A stretch of DNA of 50,481 nt. Source: an uncultured Rhodospirillales bacterium (GTDB taxonomy: Bacteria > Pseudomonadota > Alphaproteobacteria > Acetobacterales > Acetobacteraceae). A program made the position numbers and the translations under genes. The notes under the pieces were generated by a model. The model was not told the origin of the DNA. It saw nothing but the letters and a program-made list of their open reading frames with translations, and searched no databases. The stretch spans positions 1 to 50,481 of the forward strand of contig CAITEF010000248.1 of the NCBI GenBank assembly GCA_903891315.1. Direction: 5' to 3'. This document shows, piece after piece, positions 26,025 through 35,049 of the stretch (the stretch's first letter is position 1; every line of letters begins with the position of its first letter).

Positions 26025-27083
26025 ATGTCCATCCAGGATTTTTCGCCCAACCGTCGCGCGTTGCTCGGCTTGCTGCCTGCTGCTGTGTTGGCCAAGCACG
26101 GCTTCGCGCAGAATGCCGGGTTTCGTCCAACCCCGCTGCCGAAGGGGCAGACTCGCACGGTGAAACTTGCCGTGGGCGGGATCGCCGATGTGCCGCATTT
26201 GGCGGTGTGGTACGCGAAATACAGCGGGTTGTTCGATGAGTTGAAAGCCGATGGCATCAATGTCGAGGTTGTTGCCTTCGGCGGCGGCAGTGAGTGGCTG
26301 TTGGCATTGACCAGCGGCAAAATCGATATGGCGCATGGCTATTACGAGAACGGCGTGCGCGCGCGCAGCCAGGGCCGCGACGTGATTCTCATCGACAACA
26401 TCATGGCGACTCCGGGCTTCCTGGTCGTGCTCCGCAAGGGCCTCTCGGACAAGGTGAAGTCGGTTGCCGATACAAAAGGGTTGGCTTGGGGCATCAGCAG
26501 CCTTGGCTCTGGCACCCATGCGGTGTCGCTGCGGGTGATCAAATCCTTCGGGCTCGACGCGAAAGATGTTCGTTTCGTCAGTGTGGGCGGCACCACCGGC
26601 TATATCCCGTCGATCCGCGAGGGGCGCGTTGATGTGCTGACGGCCTCGTTCAGTGCGGCCTCTACGCTGATCAAAGAGGGCAGCGGAACGCTGTTGCTTG
26701 ATGTCGACCAAGCCGCCGCGGTGGAGAAGATCTACCATCATCCCTATATGGGACCGGGCATTTTGACCTCGCGCGCCTACGCTGAGCAGGAGCCCTATGT
26801 CACGCTGCGGGTGGTCGCTGCGGTCCGCAAATCGATTGCGATTCTCAAACACACCAAGCCCGCAGACGTGGCGAAAATTCTGCCGCCTGAGTTCCACAGC
26901 GACACGTTGGAAGACGGGATCGCCGATTCCATCAGTAACTTCACCGCTGACGGCGTGATCTCGCTGGATGCCGCCACCGCGATGATCGGCGATATGAGCG
27001 ACATCAAGCTCGGCAAGGGCGGCGTGGAGCCTGCCGACACGTTCGACAACCGCTTCGTGCTCGCCGTCAAACAGGGCGTCTGA
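26025..27083 (+). CDS. ABC substrate-binding protein, NMT1/THI5 (NitT/TauT) type
   Basis: The ATG at 26025 follows GGGGAGAG and a Tat/Sec-like signal NRRALLGLLPAAVLAKHGFA. It is a paralog of 32431-33486. Confidence 0.8.
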   Translation: MSIQDFSPNRRALLGLLPAAVLAKHGFAQNAGFRPTPLPKGQTRTVKLAVGGIADVPHLAVWYAKYSGLFDELKADGINVEVVAFGGGSEWLLALTSGKIDMAHGYYENGVRARSQGRDVILIDNIMATPGFLVVLRKGLSDKVKSVADTKGLAWGISSLGSGTHAVSLRVIKSFGLDAKDVRFVSVGGTTGYIPSIREGRVDVLTASFSAASTLIKEGSGTLLLDVDQAAAVEKIYHHPYMGPGILTSRAYAEQEPYVTLRVVAAVRKSIAILKHTKPADVAKILPPEFHSDTLEDGIADSISNFTADGVISLDAATAMIGDMSDIKLGKGGVEPADTFDNRFVLAVKQGV

Positions 27084-27108
27084 GCCAAAACCAGATCGAG
27101 GATTTCAC

Positions 27109-28500
27109 GTGACGCTCACCGAACGCATCGCCCGTCTCTGCGTCGAAACCATGCCGGGCCGGATCGGCGCGCGCGAACTGGCCAATGCGCGGCTTTGCCT
27201 GATCGATGGTTTGGCGGTGGCAATGGCCGCTTCCCGCTCTTCGCAGATCACGCTGCTGCGTGAGACGCTGGAGATCGGCGGGGCATCCGGCTCAGCCAGC
27301 CTGCTCGGACACAGACTGCGCGCCAAGCCGGATGACGCGGCGCTGATCAACGGCATGATGGTCAGCCTGCTGCTGTTCGACGACAACCACTCCACCATGC
27401 GCGGCCACCCGACCGGGCCGGTCCTGCCTGCGGTGTTGGCGCTGTCGCAGCGTCTGGGTGCGTCGCTGGAGACCGCGTTGCGGGCGTTCATCATCGGCTA
27501 CGAGATGGAATGCCGCCTCGGGCCGGTGTTCAACCCGTCGCAATACGAGGTCGGTTGGCACGCGACCGCCACCCAGGGCACGTTCGGTGCTGCGGCTTCC
27601 GCCTGCGTACTGTTGGGGTTGGACGTTGAGCAGACCTGCCGGGCGTTCGGCATTGCGGCCTCGCATCTGGGCGGTGTGCGGCGGAATTTTGGCACGATGA
27701 CGATGTCGTTCCATTCCGGCATTGCCGCTTCCTCCGGCGTGCGCGCGGCGATGTTGGCGCAAGGTGGGTTCACCGCCGATCCGCATATTTTCGATGGCGA
27801 CCGTTGCATCGGCGAGTTGCTGTCGCGCGAATGGAAGCCCGCACAGCTTGAGGCGCAGTTGCCGCTTTGGGGGGCACCGTTCGAGATTTTCGACTCCGGG
27901 CCGTTGTTCAAGCTGTTCCCGGTCGGGCGACCGCTGGTGGCACCCATCGAGGCGGCGCTGGAAATCCGTGCGATGCCGGGCTTCGATGCGCGCCTCGTCA
28001 CCGAGATCACCGCCGAAGTCAGCTACATGTATCCGCGCACGGTGGTGCACAACGCGCCGACGACCGGGCTGCAGGGCAAGACCTCGCTGCATTACAACCT
28101 CGCCGCCGCCCTGCTTTTTGGCCGTCCGAAGATCGCCACCTATAGCGACGAGGCGGTTGTCGACCCGTCGATCGTGCCGTTGCGCGATAAGGTCCGCCTC
28201 GTGGTGCCGCCGCATCTGACCGATCAGGTCGAGGCGGTGCGCATTCTGCCGTTTGACCAGCCGGTGACGATTATCGTCACCCAGTCGAACGGGCTGGTGA
28301 TGCGTTCGGTGGTGCAGTTCCCGCGCGGGATGCCGCAGAACCCGGTGGGCGAGGTCGATTTGATGGAGAAATTCTCCGATTGCGTCGCCGAGGGGTTCGA
28401 CCCGGCACTCACCAGCAATCTGAAATCGTTGCTCGACACGCCGGGCGTGTCCGTCGACGCCGTGGTTGAACTCTTGGCCGGAGCGGCGCGCGCATCATGA
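27109..28500 (+). CDS. MmgE/PrpD family protein (2-methylcitrate dehydratase superfamily)
   Basis: 463 aa with a GTG start. It carries LLLFDDNHSTMRGHPTGPVLPAVLA, GWHATATQGTFGAAA and RRNFGTMTMSFHSG, typical of the PrpD fold. Confidence 0.85.
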   Translation: MTLTERIARLCVETMPGRIGARELANARLCLIDGLAVAMAASRSSQITLLRETLEIGGASGSASLLGHRLRAKPDDAALINGMMVSLLLFDDNHSTMRGHPTGPVLPAVLALSQRLGASLETALRAFIIGYEMECRLGPVFNPSQYEVGWHATATQGTFGAAASACVLLGLDVEQTCRAFGIAASHLGGVRRNFGTMTMSFHSGIAASSGVRAAMLAQGGFTADPHIFDGDRCIGELLSREWKPAQLEAQLPLWGAPFEIFDSGPLFKLFPVGRPLVAPIEAALEIRAMPGFDARLVTEITAEVSYMYPRTVVHNAPTTGLQGKTSLHYNLAAALLFGRPKIATYSDEAVVDPSIVPLRDKVRLVVPPHLTDQVEAVRILPFDQPVTIIVTQSNGLVMRSVVQFPRGMPQNPVGEVDLMEKFSDCVAEGFDPALTSNLKSLLDTPGVSVDAVVELLAGAARAS

Positions 28501-29573
28501 CCATTGTCGCCCTTGAGGTTGATCCGCCGCTGCGGATGGTCGGCATTGTGCTCGACCCCACCACCAGTGCCGAGCGGATCGCAGCGTTTGCCGATTACAT
28601 GCGCCACGATGTGCCGGATTTTGAAGGTTGGCTGGCGCAGACACGCGGCAGGCTGGGTGCGCTGGTCCCGGCGACGGTCCTGCCCGCGCATGATGCGGCG
28701 AGTTTCCGTGAGGCGCTTGCCGCGGCGGAAGTCGCGGTCATTGAGGCGCTGCGGCTCGGCCCGGCGGAACTCGACGCGGCTCCCAATTTGCGCGTGGTGC
28801 AGCAGTTCGGGCTCGACAGCCGCAACATCGACCACGCCGCTTGTGCGGCACGCGGTGTGGAGGTGCGCACGCATCGTAGGCGGACCAATATCGCGGTGGC
28901 CGAGCACAGCATCGCGTTGCTGATGGGCCTCGCCAAACGGCTCGACGCCATCGGCAATGCGGTCACCGACCCTGAACTCGAACGCCGTGGCTTTCACCCC
29001 ACCCAATACGACACCCGCCACACAGCAGCGGCGAATTGGGGGCGGGTGGCCGGATTGCGGCTGCTCGATGGCGCGACACTCGGGCTGATTGGCTTTGGTG
29101 AGATCGGCCGTGAGGTGGCGCGGATTGCGCGCGGGATCGGGATGAAGGTGCTGGTGCATCAGCGCTCGCCGATCCCCGCCGAGGAGCAGGCACGGCTCGG
29201 CATCACCACCGCTTCACTTGCCGACACGCTGGCGCAGTCGGATTTCATCAGCGTGCACGTGCCGGGCAGTCAGAAGGATCTGATCGATGCGGCCGCCATC
29301 GCGCGGATGAAGCCGGGCGCGCTGTTGATCAACACCGCCCGCGCGCAAATCGTCAACCGCGACGCGCTGATCACCGCGCTGCAGTCCGGCCATCTCGGCG
29401 GGGCGGCGTTCGACACGCTTTACGCCGAGCCGACGCAGCCGGGAGACGCGCTGCTCGACTGTCCGAACACGCTGTTCACCCCGCATCTGGCCGGGGGGGC
29501 GCGTCAGAACACGCTGCTCGACGTGGAGGACATGCTCACCGGCATCGCCGCCTCGCTCGGCCTTGTCGCCTGA
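28497..29573 (+). CDS. D-isomer-specific 2-hydroxyacid dehydrogenase family protein
   Basis: 358 aa with NAD motif LGLIGFGEIGREVARIARGIGMKV, LINTARA and TPHLAGG. Confidence 0.85.
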   Translation: MTIVALEVDPPLRMVGIVLDPTTSAERIAAFADYMRHDVPDFEGWLAQTRGRLGALVPATVLPAHDAASFREALAAAEVAVIEALRLGPAELDAAPNLRVVQQFGLDSRNIDHAACAARGVEVRTHRRRTNIAVAEHSIALLMGLAKRLDAIGNAVTDPELERRGFHPTQYDTRHTAAANWGRVAGLRLLDGATLGLIGFGEIGREVARIARGIGMKVLVHQRSPIPAEEQARLGITTASLADTLAQSDFISVHVPGSQKDLIDAAAIARMKPGALLINTARAQIVNRDALITALQSGHLGGAAFDTLYAEPTQPGDALLDCPNTLFTPHLAGGARQNTLLDVEDMLTGIAASLGLVA

Positions 29574-29584
29574 GAGACACCAGC

Positions 29585-31186
29585 ATGGAAAAGCCCGCCG
29601 CCCGCACCATCCCAGCTCTGCTTGCCGAAATCACGGCACGCTACCCGGATCGTCCGTTCGCCATCGATCAGGCTCGCGAATTGACTTACGCCGAATTCCA
29701 GGCTGAAGCGCGCAGGCTCGCCAAATCGCTGCACGCGCTCGGCGTGCGCCGTCACGACAAGGTGGCGTTGGTGATGGGCAATCAGGTTGAGTGGCTGTTG
29801 CTGCTGTTCGCCGTCACCATGCTGGGCGGCGTGCTGGTGGCGGTGAACACGTGGTGGAAGCGGCGCGAACTGGAATATGCGCTGAAGATCAGCGACAGCT
29901 CGACGTTGGTGATGGTCGATCGCTACATCAGCAATGACTACACGGCGGCCATCGCCGAGATGGGGGATCTGGCGACTGCTTTGCCGTTCCTCAAGCGCAT
30001 TGTCTGTCTGGGTGAGTATCGTCCGGCGGGGGCTATCGCGTACGCGGATTTGCTCGCCATGGGCGGCGATGTGCCGGACAGCGTGATCGACGCCGCGATT
30101 GCCGCCATCGAGCCCGAGGATCTGGCCGAGTTGCTGTTCACCTCTGGCTCCACCGCGCGCTCGAAAGCAGCCGGTCTGGTGCATCGCGGGATGATGGACA
30201 ACATGCACGGCATCGGCGAGCGCATGCATCTGACCGAGCATGACCGCATCTTGCTCGTGGTCTCGATGTTCTGGAGCTATGCCTGCGCCAATGCGCTGTT
30301 CGCGGCGATGACGCATGGGGCCTCGCTCGTCTTGCAATACCGCTACGACGCCGCCGAGATGTTGCGGCTGATCGAGGCCAAGCGTGTCACAGCCGTCTAT
30401 ACCCAGCCCAATATGGTGCTGGAACTCCACGCCCATCCCGACCGCAAGACCCGCGATCTCAGCTCATGGCGCACCGGCATTGGCCGTCCGAATGTGATGG
30501 ACCAATTGGCCGAGATTGGGCCGCAGGAGATGATCACCTCCTATGGGCTGACAGAATGCTACGGCAATAGCTGCAACTCCGACGCCAAATGGCCGCACGC
30601 GCTGCGCAAACGCGGCTCCGGCAAGCCGCTGCCAGGGGTGGAATTGCAGATTGTCGATCCGGACACCCGCGCGGTGTTGCCGCAGGGTCAGGATGGTGAG
30701 GTGCGGCTGCGTGGCAATGTCACCACCGGCTATTACAACGACCCGGTTCGCACCGGCGAGGCTCTGGATGCCGAGGGCTGGTTTTACACCGGCGATATCG
30801 GGATGGTGGATGAGGAGGGGATCTTCGTCTATCGCGGCCGCTTCAAGGAGATGATCAAAACCGGCGGGATCAACGTGACACCGGCGGATGTCGAGGAGCT
30901 GTTGCAGGAGCACCCCGCGGTGCAACAGGCCGTCGTCGTCGGCGTGCCGGACCACGAGCGGGACGAGATCGTGGCGGCGATGGTGGTGCTCCGGCAGGGG
31001 GCCTCGGTCACTCCGGCGGAACTTGCGGCGTATTGCCGGGCGTCGGCGGCGCAATACAAGGTCCCGCGTTTCATCGAGATCGTCGGCGTCGAGCAGGTGC
31101 CGCTCACTGACACCGGCAAGGTCTCCAAACGTGGCGTGATCGAAGATCTTGCCCGCGCGCGGGCCAGAGGAGTGTCGGCAGTGTGA
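29585..31186 (+). CDS. AMP-dependent acyl-CoA synthetase/ligase (ANL superfamily)
   Basis: 533 aa with FTSGSTARSKAAG, YGLTE, WFYTGDIG and PLTDTGKVSKR. Confidence 0.85.
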   Translation: MEKPAARTIPALLAEITARYPDRPFAIDQARELTYAEFQAEARRLAKSLHALGVRRHDKVALVMGNQVEWLLLLFAVTMLGGVLVAVNTWWKRRELEYALKISDSSTLVMVDRYISNDYTAAIAEMGDLATALPFLKRIVCLGEYRPAGAIAYADLLAMGGDVPDSVIDAAIAAIEPEDLAELLFTSGSTARSKAAGLVHRGMMDNMHGIGERMHLTEHDRILLVVSMFWSYACANALFAAMTHGASLVLQYRYDAAEMLRLIEAKRVTAVYTQPNMVLELHAHPDRKTRDLSSWRTGIGRPNVMDQLAEIGPQEMITSYGLTECYGNSCNSDAKWPHALRKRGSGKPLPGVELQIVDPDTRAVLPQGQDGEVRLRGNVTTGYYNDPVRTGEALDAEGWFYTGDIGMVDEEGIFVYRGRFKEMIKTGGINVTPADVEELLQEHPAVQQAVVVGVPDHERDEIVAAMVVLRQGASVTPAELAAYCRASAAQYKVPRFIEIVGVEQVPLTDTGKVSKRGVIEDLARARARGVSAV

Positions 31187-32277
31187 GCAAATCGATACAG
31201 CAAACCCGCGTGGTGATTCTTGATGAGGATCACGTGATGACCCTGGTCCGACGCGGGATGGCGGGGCCGAGTGCGGAGAATGATGCGGCGATCCGGAAGT
31301 TCTTCGCGCCCGAGACCTGCGATCCTGCGCAGGCTTACGCGATGGCGCAAGGGCTGACCGCAGAAGATGGCGTCGAGGTGATCCAGGCCAAGGGCGACAT
31401 GGCGCTGGCCGCAGGCGCGGATATGATCCTGTTCCGGCGCGGTGCGGTGGACACGGCGATGATCGCGGCAGCACCCGGTTTGAAACTGGTGCAGCGGCTT
31501 GGTGAGCGGTCGGAGATGATCGACAAGGACGCCCTGCGCGCCCGTGGCGTCCCGGCTGCTTGCTTGGCGCGGCCATCGTTGGCCTACACGGCTGAGCACG
31601 CGATCCTGCTTGCACTCGCTCTTGCCAAGCGTCTGCCCGACGCGGAACGCGTGCTGCGGGATGGGGCGTATGATGCGGAGCTGGTGCGGTCGCCGGACAA
31701 CGTTGCCTATAACTGGGTGGGACTGCCGCGTGCGGGCGGGCTGTATCGCGCGACGCTGGGCATTGTCGGCCTCGGCGAGGTGGGGGCGATGGTGGCGCGG
31801 ATTGCCAATGGCTTTGGGATGAAGGTGATCTACGCCAACCGCAATCCGTTGCCCGCTGAGCGCGAGGCGGCACTCGGTGTGAGCATTCGTCCGCTCGATG
31901 ATCTGATGGCAGAGGCGGATTTCGTGTCGATCCACGCTCCCAACACGCCTGCCACAAAGGGGCTGATCGGGGCAGACCAGATCGCGAGGATGAAGGCCAC
32001 CGCCTTTCTGATCAACACCGCCCGCGGCCCAATCCTCGACGAAGATGCGCTCTACGACGCGCTAACCCATTGCCGGATCGCGGGTGCTGGGCTCGATGTG
32101 CATTTCATCGAGCCGCGCCCGAAGGATGACCGGTTCTGCGGGTTGCCCAATGTGATCCTCACCCCGCATCTGGCCGGTGGTTCGCGGCTTGGGCTGCTGC
32201 GCGAGGTGGGTGCTATTTACGAGAATATGCGCGCGGTGCTGGCGGGCGACGCGCCGATCCATGACCGGGTTGTATGA
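31183..32277 (+). CDS. D-isomer-specific 2-hydroxyacid dehydrogenase family protein
   Basis: The GTG at 31183 overlaps the upstream TGA. It carries LGIVGLGEVGAMVARIANGFGMKV, LINTARG and TPHLAGG. The start is uncertain; an internal ATG lies 17 codons in. Confidence 0.8.
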   Translation: MSKSIQQTRVVILDEDHVMTLVRRGMAGPSAENDAAIRKFFAPETCDPAQAYAMAQGLTAEDGVEVIQAKGDMALAAGADMILFRRGAVDTAMIAAAPGLKLVQRLGERSEMIDKDALRARGVPAACLARPSLAYTAEHAILLALALAKRLPDAERVLRDGAYDAELVRSPDNVAYNWVGLPRAGGLYRATLGIVGLGEVGAMVARIANGFGMKVIYANRNPLPAEREAALGVSIRPLDDLMAEADFVSIHAPNTPATKGLIGADQIARMKATAFLINTARGPILDEDALYDALTHCRIAGAGLDVHFIEPRPKDDRFCGLPNVILTPHLAGGSRLGLLREVGAIYENMRAVLAGDAPIHDRVV

Positions 32278-32294
32278 TGCCAATGGTCCACCAA

Positions 32295-32392
32295 ACCGTC
32301 ATTGCGAGGAGAGTAGCGACGTGGCAATCCATCGAGACCCGAGGCGGCTATTCGATGGATTGCCATGTCGCTACTCTCCTCGCAATGACGGT
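32295..32392 (+). repeat. Palindromic hairpin element (REP/MITE-like), copy 2
   Basis: 41-nt arms (32295-32335 and 32352-32392) pair with 40 Watson-Crick plus 1 G:T pairs and a 16-nt loop. It has the same termini as copy 1. Confidence 0.9.
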
Positions 32393-32430
32393 CAAAAAAG
32401 GCGCGAATGCAATCGCGCGTGAGGGACGAA

Positions 32431-33486
32431 ATGATGCCAAAGCTTTCTGAATTTGCGCTCGACCGTCGTACTCTGATGGCGATGCTGCCAGCTTCGTTGT
32501 TGGCGTCCAATGCGCGTGCGGAGGATTTCCATCCTGTCGCACTGCCTCCGGGAGAGCGTCGGCTGGTTCGGCTTGCCGTTGGAGGGGTCGCCGACATCAC
32601 GCATCTGGCGGTGTGGTATGCCAAGTTTTCCGGCATTTTCGACGCGCTCAAGCCACTGGGCGTCGATGTCGAGGTCGTCCCGTTCGGCGCGGGCAGCGAG
32701 TGGCTGTTGGCGCTGACCAGTGGACGGGTCGACATGGCGCATGGCTATTACGAGAACGGCGTGCGCGCCCGCAGCCAAGGCCGCGACGTGATCTTGCTCG
32801 ACAACATCATGGCCACCCCCGGCCTGATCATCGTCGTCCGCTCCGACCTCGCCGATAAGGTAAAGTCGGTGAAGGACACCAAGGGCATGAACTGGGGGGT
32901 GACCAGCTTCGGCTCGGCCACGCACGCGGTCGCGTTGCGGGTGACGAAATTCTACGGATTGCAGCCGACCGACGTGAAATTCCTCGGCGTCGGCGGCACC
33001 TCCGGGCTGTTGCCCGCGATGCGCGAGAAGCGGGTGGACGTGCTGTGCTCAACGCTGGTGGCCGGATATCAACTTGTCAAGGAAGGCACCGCCAAGGAGT
33101 TGCTGGCGCTGGTGTCGGACAAGATCACCAACGAGGTCTACGGGCATCCCTATATCGGCCTCGGGCTGCTCAGCTCGAAGGCCTATTCCGATACGGAGCC
33201 GTTCGCCACCTTCCAGGTCGCCAAGGCGATCCGGGCGTCGATTGCCAAGTTGAAGGTTACCCCGGCGGAGGAGGTGGCGAAGCTGCTGCCCGCCGAGTTC
33301 CAGGCCGACAGCATCGTCGAGACCATCCGCGCCACCGCGGGGGCGTTCAGCACCGATGGTGAGGTGTCGCTGGCGGCGGCGAGCGCGATGATCGCCGATA
33401 TGAGCGATCTCAAACTCGGACGCGGCATGGAGCCGGAAGCGACGTTCGACAATCGCTTCATCCGCGCGATCAAGGCGGGCGCATGA
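32431..33486 (+). CDS. ABC substrate-binding protein, NMT1/THI5 (NitT/TauT) type
   Basis: The ATG at 32431 follows GAGGGA. The signal is DRRTLMAMLPASLLASNARA. It shares long identical stretches with 26025-27083, for example MAHGYYENGVRARSQGRDVIL. Confidence 0.8.
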   Translation: MMPKLSEFALDRRTLMAMLPASLLASNARAEDFHPVALPPGERRLVRLAVGGVADITHLAVWYAKFSGIFDALKPLGVDVEVVPFGAGSEWLLALTSGRVDMAHGYYENGVRARSQGRDVILLDNIMATPGLIIVVRSDLADKVKSVKDTKGMNWGVTSFGSATHAVALRVTKFYGLQPTDVKFLGVGGTSGLLPAMREKRVDVLCSTLVAGYQLVKEGTAKELLALVSDKITNEVYGHPYIGLGLLSSKAYSDTEPFATFQVAKAIRASIAKLKVTPAEEVAKLLPAEFQADSIVETIRATAGAFSTDGEVSLAAASAMIADMSDLKLGRGMEPEATFDNRFIRAIKAGA

Positions 33487-34295
33487 CGCAGCCGTTGATC
33501 TCGCTGCGCGGCCTGACACGGCGGTTCCCGGGCTCCAAGGGCAAACCGCCGTTTACCGCTGTGCAAGGCATCGATCTCGATATCGAGGAAGGCAGCTTCG
33601 TCGCCGTGGTTGGTCCGTCCGGCTGTGGGAAATCGACCATCCTGAACATGATCGCGGGGCTGGATGCGCCGAGCGAGGGGACGATCACCGTCGCGGGGGA
33701 GAAGGTCGCGGGCCAGTTGCGCAGTGATGTTGGATATCTGTTCCAGAAGGACGCGCTGCTGCCGTGGAAGACGGTGCAGGCGAATGTCGAGATGCCGCTG
33801 GTGTTCCGCAACATCGGCGGCGATCACAACAAGATCGCGCGCGAATGGCTGGCTCGGGTTGGCCTTGCAGGTTTTGAGAACAACTTCCCGCACCAGCTTT
33901 CGGGGGGCATGCGCAAGCGCGTGGCACTCGCCGCCACCTTCGTCTACGGCCCGCGCATTCTGCTGATGGACGAGCCGTTCTCGGCGCTGGACGTGCAGAC
34001 GCGCAACATGATGGAGAACGAGCTGCTCGATCTCTGGCAGCAGAACAACAAGACCGTCGTTTTCGTCACCCATGATCTGGAGGAGGCGATTGCGCTTGCC
34101 GATCACGTGGTGGTTCTCACGGCAAATCCCGGCACGGTGAAGAAGCAGTTCCGCGTCGCGCTGGATCGGCCGCGCAACGTCAACGACATCCGCTTCGAGG
34201 ATAAGTTCCGCGAACTGCACGAGGAGATCTGGGAAGCTCTGCGCGAGGAAGTCGCGCGCAGCTACGCGTTGCAGCGGGCCTTGGTGCATGGTTAA
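33483..34295 (+). CDS. ABC ATPase, NitT/TauT (SsuB/TauB-like) type
   Basis: 270 aa with GPSGCGKSTILNMIAG, LSGGMRKRVALA and ILLMDEPFSALD. Confidence 0.9.
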   Translation: MTQPLISLRGLTRRFPGSKGKPPFTAVQGIDLDIEEGSFVAVVGPSGCGKSTILNMIAGLDAPSEGTITVAGEKVAGQLRSDVGYLFQKDALLPWKTVQANVEMPLVFRNIGGDHNKIAREWLARVGLAGFENNFPHQLSGGMRKRVALAATFVYGPRILLMDEPFSALDVQTRNMMENELLDLWQQNNKTVVFVTHDLEEAIALADHVVVLTANPGTVKKQFRVALDRPRNVNDIRFEDKFRELHEEIWEALREEVARSYALQRALVHG

Positions 34296-35049
34296 GCGCT
34301 GGCTCTCGGACGCCTCGCCCGCGCTGGTGGTGTTGGGTGTCCTGCTGGCTTGGGATTTCGCCACACGGTTCGGGCTGGCTGATCCGCGCTATCTCAGCCG
34401 CCCGTTGGATGTGGCGGCACTGGTCTGGAACTGGACCACGTCCGGCTTCATCGTGCCGCATATGGTGGCGACCTTCTCCGAGGTTGGCATTGGCTATGTT
34501 GGCGGCACGCTGGCCGGGATGGCGGTGGCGTTTTTGTTCTTCTTCGTCCCGCGTGTGGCCGAACTCTGTGACCCGATGGTGGTGCTGCTCAACGCCGCGC
34601 CGCGCGCGATCCTGGCACCGTTTGCCGTGTTGCTGTTCGGGATTGGGCTGGGGTCCAAGGTGGCGTTGGTCTGCTTGGTGGTGTTCACCATCACCCTGCT
34701 CAGCCTTTACACCGGGCTGAAGGAGGTTGACCGCACCATTGTCGACAATGCCCGTGTGATGGGGGCGCGGCGGGTGGATTTGACACGGCATGTCTATATC
34801 CCCGCCGCCCTGGTCTGGGTGGTGAGTGCGATGCGGATCAGCATCGGCCAAGCCTTCACGGCGGCGATTGTCTGTGAGTTGCTGGGAGCCACCGAGGGGC
34901 TGGGCTGGATCATCGCCGCCGGGCAATCGGCGGTGAAGCCGGACTGGATCATGGCCGGGCTGTTCTTTGCCAGCGTGATCGTGCTGATGGTCGATATCGT
35001 CATCCTGGCCCCGTTGGAACGACGCGGCTCGCATTGGCGGGTGTTCTGA
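34288..35049 (+). CDS. ABC permease, NitT/TauT (SsuC-like) type
   Basis: 253 aa polytopic protein with a BPD_transp_1-like loop (VDNARVMGARRVDLTRHVYIPAAL). Confidence 0.85.
   Translation: MVKRWLSDASPALVVLGVLLAWDFATRFGLADPRYLSRPLDVAALVWNWTTSGFIVPHMVATFSEVGIGYVGGTLAGMAVAFLFFFVPRVAELCDPMVVLLNAAPRAILAPFAVLLFGIGLGSKVALVCLVVFTITLLSLYTGLKEVDRTIVDNARVMGARRVDLTRHVYIPAALVWVVSAMRISIGQAFTAAIVCELLGATEGLGWIIAAGQSAVKPDWIMAGLFFASVIVLMVDIVILAPLERRGSHWRVF

Noticed and set aside
26338-26417. An 80-nt patch nearly identical between the two NMT1-type binding-protein paralogs. It matches 32734-32813 with 9 differences in 80 nt, and only 2 in the first 57. I considered a gene-conversion tract.
   Set aside because: The encoded peptide (MAHGYYENGVRARSQGRDVIL) is identical in both. 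With the strong GC3 codon bias here, identical residues often share codons. The excess similarity is too short to distinguish conversion from constraint without statistics such as GENECONV.
29493-29499. G7 homopolymer inside the 2-hydroxyacid dehydrogenase gene, considered as a slipped-strand phase-variation tract.
   Set aside because: It encodes the conserved HLAGGA segment in frame. Short G runs are expected at this GC content, and there is no evidence of variation.
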